Source of the DNA: a virus
Taxonomy: Duplodnaviria > Caudoviricetes
Direction: 5' to 3' (one strand)
DNA: 64,000 bases
IMG/VR virus record: IMGVR_UViG_3300021963_000022
The first letter of the stretch is position 1. The number at the start of each line of letters is the position of its first letter. The position numbers and the translations under genes were made by a program. The notes beneath the pieces are model-generated. The model saw nothing but the letters and a program-made list of their open reading frames with translations, was not told the DNA's origin and searched no databases. Shown here piece by piece: positions 46,774 through 55,457 of this stretch.

Positions 46774-48285
46774 ATGAAAGAACTTCAACTATTAGAGTCT
46801 TGGGCAGATAGTATTATTGCTAATGAAGCAGTACAAGATCGTCCACTAACAAGAGATCAGGATATTCAATATCAGGCATCCAGAAAGTATTCCGATCGTA
46901 GTCCAGAGCAAGCATTACAAATGTATGTAGCTGATAAATTAGCTAGCTCTGAACAAATGGATTATGAACAGAACAAACTTATCAATGCACAGAAACGTGA
47001 AAATGAAAAGTTACGTAGAAGCTTACAAGATTTGGGTCAAGAACTAACTGACCATGAGCGTGTAGCACAAGATACTGAACAACAAGTTCAACGATTAAAA
47101 GATTTAAGTGCCAAATTACGTCCTGCAGGTGAAATACAACAGGCTACTACAAAAGCAAGTGCTGATAAAGTAGAAGCTATGTTAGCCGATGTAGAGAAAT
47201 TAAAAACATTACCTGGTATGGATGAAAAGAAATACAAAGAACTTGCTGATAAGGTTAACCAAATCAAACAAGGTGCAGGTGATGAAGAAGTGCAGAAAGT
47301 TCAATTGGCACTGGCTGTATTGTCACAGAAACAACAGGTTGATGACCAGATGTTTAACACCGTAATGGCTAGACTAGATGATACACAGACTAAACTGGAT
47401 GCTAAAGAATTACGTTTTAGAAAATATATTACCAAAAAGAGCGGAGATATTGAAGCTCAAACAAGAACACACGGTGATGAACTTAAAAAATATTCACAAA
47501 TAGTTAACAAATATAAAGAAGAACTTGATGGCTTCAGTGACTACATGAATACTACAAAAAAAGAAGTTGACAACTCTAAAAAAGAGGTAGAACAAGCTAA
47601 ACTAGAAGTAGGACAAGCTAAACTAGAAGTTGAAAAAACTAAACAAGAAGCAATTGCATTGACTAATGAACTTGAATTTAGATTCTCACCTGAAGTAAGA
47701 AAATCAACAACACGTACTAAGAAGAAACGTGTACCCTCAGTAGATGATATGTTTAAAGCATCATCTAAAGAAATTAACAAATTAAAACCTAATGCTAGTC
47801 CATCTGATGTAGCTGCTGCCACAAAAGCTGGAATAGCTAAACCTGCTAAAGCAGGACCTGATATATCTAAACTAGATACTGACTTTGAGAGACAACGTAG
47901 TTTTGGTATGCAAGCAAAAGATGACGAAAAAGAACCTAAAGACCCTACACAAATGAACGAAGATTTACGACAATATGATGATGCAGACTTCTTAGAATGG
48001 GCTATGGAAAACGTTCCAATTATCATTAGACATTTCTATAGTCGTTACCCAGAGTTAGAAGATACTATACCAAAAGAACAAGTACGTGATATGGTTGAAA
48101 AATACCTTCCTTACTTGTATCAATACGATGATGTGGATGTTGAATTGATGAACACCTTCTTAGATATTGTAAATAGTAAAATTAAAAAACAAGGTAAGAT
48201 CCCAGTTCAGAAAGACTTGTTTAGTTTGGAAGAACAGTTTGAACAACAATTGGACAAACTAATTGGGTTAGAATACATAAAATAA
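46774..48285 (+). CDS. Coiled-coil protein, putative prohead core/scaffold-like
   Basis: N-terminal LLESWADSII and long heptad repeats, including a 21-nt near-tandem repeat encoding QAKLEV x2. Confidence 0.5.
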   Translation: MKELQLLESWADSIIANEAVQDRPLTRDQDIQYQASRKYSDRSPEQALQMYVADKLASSEQMDYEQNKLINAQKRENEKLRRSLQDLGQELTDHERVAQDTEQQVQRLKDLSAKLRPAGEIQQATTKASADKVEAMLADVEKLKTLPGMDEKKYKELADKVNQIKQGAGDEEVQKVQLALAVLSQKQQVDDQMFNTVMARLDDTQTKLDAKELRFRKYITKKSGDIEAQTRTHGDELKKYSQIVNKYKEELDGFSDYMNTTKKEVDNSKKEVEQAKLEVGQAKLEVEKTKQEAIALTNELEFRFSPEVRKSTTRTKKKRVPSVDDMFKASSKEINKLKPNASPSDVAAATKAGIAKPAKAGPDISKLDTDFERQRSFGMQAKDDEKEPKDPTQMNEDLRQYDDADFLEWAMENVPIIIRHFYSRYPELEDTIPKEQVRDMVEKYLPYLYQYDDVDVELMNTFLDIVNSKIKKQGKIPVQKDLFSLEEQFEQQLDKLIGLEYIK

Positions 48286-48318
48286 ATTTATATTTTCCCT
48301 TAATCGGGATAAATACTA

Positions 48319-48347
48319 TTGACAGGAGAGTAAAGTACTGCTATACT
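48319..48347 (+). promoter_or_regulatory. Sigma70-type promoter for the SSB gene
   Basis: TTGACA-17 nt-TG-C-TATACT. Confidence 0.8.
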
Positions 48348-48423
48348 TACTCTTGTGTTAGTCACTAATAGGTAGTGGCGAATATTAAACAGAGACCATC
48401 TCAATTTTATAAGGAAAAATATC

Positions 48424-49419
48424 ATGGCTTCATTAGCAGAAATTCGTGCCCGTATCTCGGCACAAGAAAACAAATCAAACAACAAGGGTTCTAACACCCA
48501 ATCTGACAACTCAGTATACGCACATTGGAATATGGATGAAGGCACAACTGCTACCATTCGTTTCTTACCTGATGGCAATACAAAGAACGATTTCTTCTGG
48601 GTTGAAAAGCAAATCATCAAACTCCCATTCAATGGTGTTAAGGGTGATCCTAATGTAAAACAAATTGTAGTACAAGTACCCTGCGTAGAGATGTATGGGG
48701 ACAGTTGTCCTGTCTTGGCAGAAGTTCGTCCTTGGTACAAAGACGAAAGTTTGAAAGAACTAGCAAACAAATATTGGAAGAAACGCAGTTATATCTTTCA
48801 AGGTTTTGTACGTCAGAACCCACTAGGTGATGACAAAACACCAGCGAATCCTATTCGCAGATTCATTATCAGTCCACAAATTATTCCAATTATTAAAGCT
48901 GGATTGATGGACCCAGAGATTGAAGAATTACCAACAGACTATTTGCGTGGTCTTGACTTTAACGTTAAGAAAACAAGCAAAGGTGGTTATGCTGATTATT
49001 CAACAAGCAATTGGGCACGTAAAGAATCAACACTAACAGAAGCAGAACAAGCGGCAATCGAAGCACATGGTTTATTTGATTTGTCTGAGTTCTTACCTAA
49101 GAAGCCAACAGCGGCTGAGTTAAACATTATCAAAGAAATGTTTGAAGCATCGGTTGATGGTCGTCCTTATGATAATGAACGTTGGGGCAATTACTATCGT
49201 CCATATGGACTTGAAGCACCTGCAGGGTCGACAGCGGATCAACATTCAGCTCCTACTGAAAATAGGGCACCCGCAACAGCACCAGTAGCAGAATCTTCAG
49301 CTCCTTGGGATGATGCACCAGTTACAACTTCTGCACCAATTGAAGTACCTAAGACAGCTCCGGCAAGTGACAAAGCACAAGACATTCTAGCAATGATTCG
49401 TGCCAGAAAAACTGCTTAA
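48424..49419 (+). CDS. Single-stranded DNA-binding protein (T4 gp32-like)
   Basis: ATIRFLP...FFW, VPC.EMYGDSCPV, YWKKRSY.FQ, GGYADYSTS.W and a low-complexity tail. Confidence 0.88.
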   Translation: MASLAEIRARISAQENKSNNKGSNTQSDNSVYAHWNMDEGTTATIRFLPDGNTKNDFFWVEKQIIKLPFNGVKGDPNVKQIVVQVPCVEMYGDSCPVLAEVRPWYKDESLKELANKYWKKRSYIFQGFVRQNPLGDDKTPANPIRRFIISPQIIPIIKAGLMDPEIEELPTDYLRGLDFNVKKTSKGGYADYSTSNWARKESTLTEAEQAAIEAHGLFDLSEFLPKKPTAAELNIIKEMFEASVDGRPYDNERWGNYYRPYGLEAPAGSTADQHSAPTENRAPATAPVAESSAPWDDAPVTTSAPIEVPKTAPASDKAQDILAMIRARKTA

Positions 49420-49425
49420 AAGAAA

Positions 49426-49447
49426 ATGGGGGAGTTACCTCCCTCAT
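49426..49447 (+). terminator. Hairpin after the SSB gene
   Basis: ATGGGGGAG-TTAC-CTCCCTCAT, with a weak U tail. Confidence 0.5.
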
Positions 49448-49461
49448 CTTAAGGAGAACAT

Positions 49462-49698
49462 ATGACATTACCAGATGAAAGATACCGTGCTTTAAAGCAA
49501 GGTAAAAAACTACTGGAAGAGTTATGCGATCCGGGCAAGACTCCTAGAGTACCAAGTATTGTAAGAGACCGTGCCCGTGCCGCACTAAGACACTTCCCGA
49601 ACGAACATGAGTTAGATAGAATTGCGGATCAATGCCCAGACTACCTTGACAAAATTTCGTTTAGTGATAAACTAATACATAGACAACTAGGAGATTAA
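49462..49698 (+). CDS. BPSL0761-like small protein
   Basis: MTLPDERYRAL...RDRARAALRHFP pattern. SD AAGGAG. Confidence 0.6.
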   Translation: MTLPDERYRALKQGKKLLEELCDPGKTPRVPSIVRDRARAALRHFPNEHELDRIADQCPDYLDKISFSDKLIHRQLGD

Positions 49699-49699
49699 A

Positions 49700-50773
49700 T
49701 TGGTAAAACCATTCGATGTTAGTAAATTTAGAAAAGATATAACAAAAAGTATTGAAGGATTAAGTATTGGATTCAACGACCCAACTGACTGGATTAGCAC
49801 AGGAAATTACGCACTTAACTATCTTATTAGTGGTGATTTTAACAAAGGGGTTCCTTTGGGCAAGGTTACTGTATTTGCTGGTGAAAGCGGTGCAGGCAAG
49901 TCCTTTATTTGCTCCGGGAACCTTATACGACACGCACAACAACAAGGAATCTTTGTTGTTCTCATTGATTCGGAGAATGCGTTAGACGAAGCATGGTTAC
50001 ACGCATTAGAGGTATCTACTGCTGAAGATAAGTTATTAAAACTCAACATGGCAATGATTGATGATGTGGGTAAGACTATTTCAACATTCGTTAAAGACTA
50101 TAAAAATTTATCAGAGGCTGATAGACCAAAAGTCTTGTTTGTACTTGATTCATTGGGAATGTTGTTGACCCCCACAGACGTAAATCAGTTTGAAGCAGGT
50201 GATATGAAAGGTGACATGGGTCGTAAGCCTAAAGCACTAACAGCACTTGTTCGTAACTGTGTTAATATGTTTGGTTCATTGAACATTGGCTTAGTTGCTA
50301 CTAATCACACATATGCTAGTCAAGATATGTTTGATCCAGATGATAAAATCTCAGGTGGTCAAGGTTTTGTTTACGCATCAAGTATCGTTGTTGCTATGAA
50401 GAAACTTAAACTTAAAGAAGATGAAGATGGTAATAAGATTAGTGATGTGCGAGGTATTCGTGCGGCATGTAAGATTATGAAAACTCGCTATGCGAAACCA
50501 TTTGAATCAGTGCAAGTTAAGATTCCATATGAAACAGGTATGAGCCCTTACTCAGGCTTATTAGATATGATTGAGAAGGCTGAACTTGTTAAGAAAGAAG
50601 GTAACAGTCTTGTGTATACGACACTTGATGGTGAAATCATTAAGAAGTTTCGTAAAGCATGGGAAGCAAATACTGATGGTTGCTTAGATAAAGTAATGAA
50701 TGAGTATAGTCAAAAATCAACGTCAACGTCAAAGATAAGTAATGTACAACCTGAGGAGGAGGGTACAGAATGA
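49700..50773 (+). CDS. uvsX: RecA/UvsX recombinase
   Basis: GESGAGKS (Walker A), IDSENALD, VLDSLG, KGDMGRK, TNHTY and ISGG.G motifs. TTG start with SD GGAG. Confidence 0.93.
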   Translation: MVKPFDVSKFRKDITKSIEGLSIGFNDPTDWISTGNYALNYLISGDFNKGVPLGKVTVFAGESGAGKSFICSGNLIRHAQQQGIFVVLIDSENALDEAWLHALEVSTAEDKLLKLNMAMIDDVGKTISTFVKDYKNLSEADRPKVLFVLDSLGMLLTPTDVNQFEAGDMKGDMGRKPKALTALVRNCVNMFGSLNIGLVATNHTYASQDMFDPDDKISGGQGFVYASSIVVAMKKLKLKEDEDGNKISDVRGIRAACKIMKTRYAKPFESVQVKIPYETGMSPYSGLLDMIEKAELVKKEGNSLVYTTLDGEIIKKFRKAWEANTDGCLDKVMNEYSQKSTSTSKISNVQPEEEGTE

Positions 50774-51021
50774 GTTTAGATTTTGTTGCTGAAGTTTGGG
50801 ATGCACTACGTTCACATATTGATTTTAATGAACGTAGTGATGCCGCAGACACATTAATCAATTTATTGATTGATAACAACTACGAAGCTGACGATATCAA
50901 AAGTGCGTTCAGAGGTGACAAGGAGATGCTAGGTGCATTGAAAGGTTACGCTGAACAACATGATATTGAGGAAGACTACGAAGAATTTGAAGAAGATGAA
51001 GACCAAGACGAAGATTGGTAA
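50770..51021 (+). CDS. Small acidic hypothetical protein
   Basis: 83 aa with a Glu/Asp-rich tail. Confidence 0.75.
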   Translation: MSLDFVAEVWDALRSHIDFNERSDAADTLINLLIDNNYEADDIKSAFRGDKEMLGALKGYAEQHDIEEDYEEFEEDEDQDEDW

Positions 51022-51024
51022 TCA

Positions 51025-51483
51025 ATGAATTGGTACACCAGAGTAAGCGCAAGTATATCAGTAATTCCTGATTTTATCTCGCATTATGAAAACGAGTTAT
51101 TATCTGCAAAGCAAGATGTTAAAATCTATGGTAACGTAGAAAAGAACATTGCGGCATTGCCCGGAGTTACTGAACATCGATTCAACCAGCTTCAAGAAAT
51201 TGAAGCTGTGTTGGGTTATCTAAATTTACAATTACGAAAAATCCGACGTAAACACTTTCAAAAATATTTGGAAGCATATAATCGTGCATTAACAAGTCGT
51301 GATGCTGAAAAATATGTTGACGGCGAAGATGAAGTCATTGACTATGAAACCATTATCAACGAAGTTGCATTACTACGTAATCGTTGGTTAGGTGTGCTTA
51401 AAGGCATTGAAGCAAAACAATGGCAACTAGGTCACATTGTACGATTGCGTACAGCTGGAATGGAAGATATTACAATCGGGTAA
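51025..51483 (+). CDS. uvsY: Recombination mediator UvsY-like
   Basis: Helical. LTSRDAEKYVDGE...LKGIEAKQWQL...LR..G pattern, located next to uvsX. Confidence 0.75.
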   Translation: MNWYTRVSASISVIPDFISHYENELLSAKQDVKIYGNVEKNIAALPGVTEHRFNQLQEIEAVLGYLNLQLRKIRRKHFQKYLEAYNRALTSRDAEKYVDGEDEVIDYETIINEVALLRNRWLGVLKGIEAKQWQLGHIVRLRTAGMEDITIG

Positions 51484-51545
51484 GATGTGATTGTAGTTTA
51501 ATCAACACCGTGATATAATATATCATAAACATAGGAATAAATTAA

Positions 51546-52385
51546 ATGTCTACAACATCTTGTCCTTCAATAACAGGGTACGGTGCATCAGGTATATCTG
51601 CAGGTACAAATTCTCTAGGTAACATTAACTTGAGTAGTTTAAACAGCACTATCAATTTGTCATCCGCTCAAATTTCTGGCATACAAGCAGATGATTTATT
51701 TACCTTTGATTATAGAATTAATCCTAATGTAAAAAAATATGAAATTTACGAATTTACAGAAGATGTACTAGCATTGAGTGTAACTTGGAATAGAATGCGG
51801 GCAAATAGTGTTAGTACTGTAACTAAACTTACTGATAATGAATTGTTTAGAAACATAACCGCAGACGACAGAACATTAGCAGATACTATTGCTAACTACT
51901 ACAGCAAAAAAATTATGATGATGAAACTAGTAAACACCAGGTTTACTAGTTATAGAACAGACCTTAATGAGTTTGTTCACGGTGATCGTAAAAAAATTGT
52001 AGATAAGATGTTTGGATTGGCTTATTACTTGCCATCATTCTATGACTATGATGTAAAACTTGATGCGGTTAAATCAGAACTTGTACTTAAACAAGAATGG
52101 TCTACAAATAATAAGATGAACGGTAAACAGCAGTCAATAGTTCTTACGCCATTAAGACGTTTACGTAGGAAAACTAAATCATTGGATGCATATCATTATT
52201 GGTTAAAAACTACAAACGGAACCGGAGTATTGATTGCGTTGCAACCTAACAACACTTTATTGAAGCTTTGGGAGCATTTTTTCAATAAAAATGAGCAAAT
52301 TGTAATCTCAGGAACAACTTTTTGTAAGACTTTAGACGGATTTGAATACTTGAGTATTAAAAATTGGGAAATAGTACACGGTTGA
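51546..52385 (+). CDS. Hypothetical protein
   Basis: 279-aa ORF. Promoter TTGTAG-17 nt-TATAAT at 51491-51519, SD AGGA. Confidence 0.7.
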   Translation: MSTTSCPSITGYGASGISAGTNSLGNINLSSLNSTINLSSAQISGIQADDLFTFDYRINPNVKKYEIYEFTEDVLALSVTWNRMRANSVSTVTKLTDNELFRNITADDRTLADTIANYYSKKIMMMKLVNTRFTSYRTDLNEFVHGDRKKIVDKMFGLAYYLPSFYDYDVKLDAVKSELVLKQEWSTNNKMNGKQQSIVLTPLRRLRRKTKSLDAYHYWLKTTNGTGVLIALQPNNTLLKLWEHFFNKNEQIVISGTTFCKTLDGFEYLSIKNWEIVHG

Positions 52386-52410
52386 CAATAAATGGGTCCC
52401 GTGATACAAT
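52382..52410 (+). promoter_or_regulatory. Early promoter, TTGACAATAAAT class
   Basis: TTGACA-17 nt-TG-A-TACAAT followed by ACTTGTA. Confidence 0.88.
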
Positions 52411-52442
52411 ACTTGTATTGAAACTGATAAAGAGGACTACAA

Positions 52443-52820
52443 ATGACTACAGAATTCAAATCTTGGGAAGAGTTGACTCAGTTGGAACAAGCCCAATCTA
52501 TATATTGGGATATGTATAAGGACGCTTATGGTGTTCGTCCTCGTGGTGTTGATACTTCGGGTTGGACTCTGGCAGATTTTGATGCAGAATTTGAAGGACT
52601 CCGTGTGGCTATTGAAGCCGAAGACAAGGCCCGTAAAGAGGCAGAGTCTACTGCAACTGTTGTTTTTGAGCAACGGATTCAATCATTGATTGATGCTGGT
52701 GCTAATGACCGTGCTACTGCCATGCGCTGGATCCACGAAGCTGAGGACACTCAGGGTGATGATGAGTACTTGTGCTATACATTGGGCTTGCCCTATCAGT
52801 ATTTTCGTAAGGTAGCATAA
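52443..52820 (+). CDS. Early hypothetical protein
   Basis: 125 aa with its own promoter and SD GAGG. Confidence 0.8.
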   Translation: MTTEFKSWEELTQLEQAQSIYWDMYKDAYGVRPRGVDTSGWTLADFDAEFEGLRVAIEAEDKARKEAESTATVVFEQRIQSLIDAGANDRATAMRWIHEAEDTQGDDEYLCYTLGLPYQYFRKVA

Positions 52821-52821
52821 T

Positions 52822-52850
52822 TTGACAATAAATGGGCATTGTGCTACAAT
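52822..52850 (+). promoter_or_regulatory. Early promoter, TTGACAATAAAT class
   Basis: TTGACA-17 nt-TG-C-TACAAT followed by ACTTGTA. Confidence 0.88.
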
Positions 52851-52879
52851 ACTTGTATAGATTGATTAAAGGAGCTTAT

Positions 52880-53227
52880 ATGTCTTATTTCAACGTTGAT
52901 GAAGATTCACGCACTAGCACAACTGCTTGGTACGCCCGGCAAGATTGTGAACAGTACAATAGTGATCACAAGCATTTATATACTAAAGATCAAATTTTAT
53001 CAGGTGAATTATTGAAAAAAGCGGCTGAAACTGCATACTTTCGTAGTCGTGTGTTTTTGAATTTCCGTGAAAAATTTATGACTGTCAAAGTTGAGGCACC
53101 GCAACTTGCTGATAAAATTAGTAATGAAGTAGAACAGTTACTAATTCATGCAGGAAAGACTGGTGTATATGTTAAACACGGTAAAGCTAGTATAATTTTT
53201 GAATTCGCACATCGTAAAATTTGCTAA
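52880..53227 (+). CDS. Early hypothetical protein
   Basis: Start placed at ATG 52880 behind SD AAGGAG. The longer ORF would begin inside the promoter. Confidence 0.75.
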   Translation: MSYFNVDEDSRTSTTAWYARQDCEQYNSDHKHLYTKDQILSGELLKKAAETAYFRSRVFLNFREKFMTVKVEAPQLADKISNEVEQLLIHAGKTGVYVKHGKASIIFEFAHRKIC

Positions 53228-53249
53228 TAAATGGCATTCGTGCTATAAT
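53221..53249 (+). promoter_or_regulatory. Early promoter, TTGCTAATAAAT variant
   Basis: TTGCTA-17 nt-TG-C-TATAAT followed by ACTTGTA. Confidence 0.82.
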
Positions 53250-53283
53250 ACTTGTATTGATTGATTAACACACAGGAGAAGCT

Positions 53284-54312
53284 ATGTCTACAGTTCGCAT
53301 TTTGTCAGGTTCTTATCGCAATGAAGCAGTTAAAGGTGAAGTGTTTACACTTGTCAAGGGTTTTCAGACAAGTAAAAAAGGTAGTTATGTGACTGTTAAA
53401 AATGATGGTCAATTCCCGGGTCGTAGTGCTGAAATTAAAGTTTTAGTAGATACGATTGATAATATTGAATTTTTAAATGGAGATAAAGTTATGGCTAATG
53501 CTGTAGTAGAGTTTAAAAAAGAAGTTGTGAAAGAAACAGAACAAGAAGCAATGGACCGTATTGCTACTCGTTTTGAGGTCCTTGATGAAATGTCACGTGC
53601 ATGTATCAATGGTGATATTCGTGCTATGATTGTTTCAGGCCCGCCCGGTGTCGGCAAATCTCATGGCGTTGAGACACAAATGGAGAAAGCAAGCATGTTT
53701 GACAAGCTTGCAGGCAAACGTGTGCGTTTTCAGATTGTTAAAGGTGCTATGACAGCATTGGGTTTGTATACTCAACTGTACAAGTATTCTGACACAAAGA
53801 ATGTGTTAATTTTTGATGATTGCGATTCAGTTTTTACTGATGACTTGAGTTTGAACATTCTAAAGGCCGCACTTGATTCAGGCAAGACACGTAGAATTTG
53901 CTGGAACTCTGACAGTCGGTTGTTGCGTGAAGAAGGTATCCCGAATACTTTCAACTTCAATGGTAGTGCTATCTTTATCACTAACTTGAAATTCGGCAAC
54001 TTGAAGTCTAAGAAATTGCAGGATCACTTAGAGGCATTGCAGTCACGTTGTCACTTTCTTGACTTGACTATTGATGGTGATCGTGACAAGATGTTGCGTA
54101 TCAAGCAAGTACATCGTGACGCTGATGGTGGTTTGTTCAAAGATTATGATTTTACTGAAGAACAATCACAAACCGTGATTAGCTTTATGTGGGACAATCA
54201 CACTAAATTGCGTGAAGTGTCCTTGCGTATGTGTTTGAAGATTGCAGACTTAGTTAAGATTAGCCCCAACAACTGGCAGAATCTTGCTAAGACAACTTGT
54301 ATGAAAGCATAA
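53284..54312 (+). CDS. AAA+ ATPase (second, early)
   Basis: GPPGVGKS (Walker A), LIFDDCD (Walker B), FITN and ALQSR (arginine finger). Confidence 0.88.
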   Translation: MSTVRILSGSYRNEAVKGEVFTLVKGFQTSKKGSYVTVKNDGQFPGRSAEIKVLVDTIDNIEFLNGDKVMANAVVEFKKEVVKETEQEAMDRIATRFEVLDEMSRACINGDIRAMIVSGPPGVGKSHGVETQMEKASMFDKLAGKRVRFQIVKGAMTALGLYTQLYKYSDTKNVLIFDDCDSVFTDDLSLNILKAALDSGKTRRICWNSDSRLLREEGIPNTFNFNGSAIFITNLKFGNLKSKKLQDHLEALQSRCHFLDLTIDGDRDKMLRIKQVHRDADGGLFKDYDFTEEQSQTVISFMWDNHTKLREVSLRMCLKIADLVKISPNNWQNLAKTTCMKA

Positions 54313-54386
54313 CCCTGCAGTGTGCGTAACGGCAATGTCAATAAGTCCGTTTCGATAATTTTTTCATCTCCTTAAGTTAATTTTAT

Positions 54387-54410
54387 AGAGGACTTCGGTC
54401 CTCTTTTTTT
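54387..54410 (+). terminator. Intrinsic terminator
   Basis: AGAGGAC-TTCG-GTCCTCT plus a T run. Same GAC-TTCG-GTC core as the tmRNA terminator. Confidence 0.88.
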
Positions 54411-54455
54411 GCCTATTCACTTGCTTTCTACTATCATAAGTACTATAATATTAAT

Positions 54456-55457
54456 ATGTCAAAAGTGAAACCTACTACAAAAGAACAACTGATACATTAT
54501 CTATTGCATAATGTTAGTTTAGGTTCCTATGACAATCGATTCTTATCTAACATTGAAATTAATTTCATAGGTGCCGGCAAACCTGTAACTACTAATCAAG
54601 CAGAGTTATTGAATAAGATAACAATTAGATATGCTAGACAATTAGCCAAACAAGAACTAGATGCTAATATGTTAGTAAACCTTTCATGGAAAAAGGAACC
54701 TATTAATAGTTCACCTGAATATACTACAGCATATGCACAATTAGATAATGGTAAGATAGTCATACGTACTCCCTATAAAACAAACTTTATCAAAGAACTT
54801 AGAAACATTAATACCAGTGATTGGGATAAAGATAAACGAGAGTGGACTGTAAACTATAATGAACCCAATTTGAAAAAAATAGTAACACTCATTGCAGATA
54901 ACTATAAGCTAATTAATTTCTGTGATGACATTAAACACATGTTAATTGTGGCTGAACAGTTTGAACATATTAAAGTATGGAATCCTACATTATGTGAAGT
55001 GTCCGGTAATTTGTTAATTGCTGGTATAAACGAATACTTACATGAATCAATTATAGACATTCCATTAGAAAAGACGCCTTTATGCTTTTCTAAGTTAGCT
55101 ACGTATGGTGTAGAAATAGATAAATCATTATACATAGATGATGTATTAAAGTTTGCCGCTAATACACGTCCCGAAATAGAAAAATCTCAATTAACAGACC
55201 TAGTAGAACTACTACCATTGATTGGTTGTGAAGCTGTAGTGTTATCCGTAACACATAGTTTTTCTAGCTTATTGATGGATTTGGTTATAGGATTAAAAGA
55301 AAAGAATATAGAGATAGTTACAAAAAGTAATGTGAGTAATAACACATTAAAAAACTATGTAGTAATCTGCCCAGCACATACCATCAATACTGCAATAGAA
55401 ATAAGTGCAGACAAAGTGATACAAGTTGTAAATAGTACCCCGGTAACAATAAAATGA
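54456..55457 (+). CDS. Hypothetical protein upstream of UvsW
   Basis: 333 aa. Leaderless promoter TTGCTT-17 nt-TATAAT at 54421-54449. Confidence 0.75.
   Translation: MSKVKPTTKEQLIHYLLHNVSLGSYDNRFLSNIEINFIGAGKPVTTNQAELLNKITIRYARQLAKQELDANMLVNLSWKKEPINSSPEYTTAYAQLDNGKIVIRTPYKTNFIKELRNINTSDWDKDKREWTVNYNEPNLKKIVTLIADNYKLINFCDDIKHMLIVAEQFEHIKVWNPTLCEVSGNLLIAGINEYLHESIIDIPLEKTPLCFSKLATYGVEIDKSLYIDDVLKFAANTRPEIEKSQLTDLVELLPLIGCEAVVLSVTHSFSSLLMDLVIGLKEKNIEIVTKSNVSNNTLKNYVVICPAHTINTAIEISADKVIQVVNSTPVTIK

Noticed and set aside
46187-48770. Minus-strand ORFs 46187-46708, 47541-48026 and 48300-48770
   Set aside because: They are antisense to well-supported genes, with Ser/Leu/Phe-rich shadow composition.
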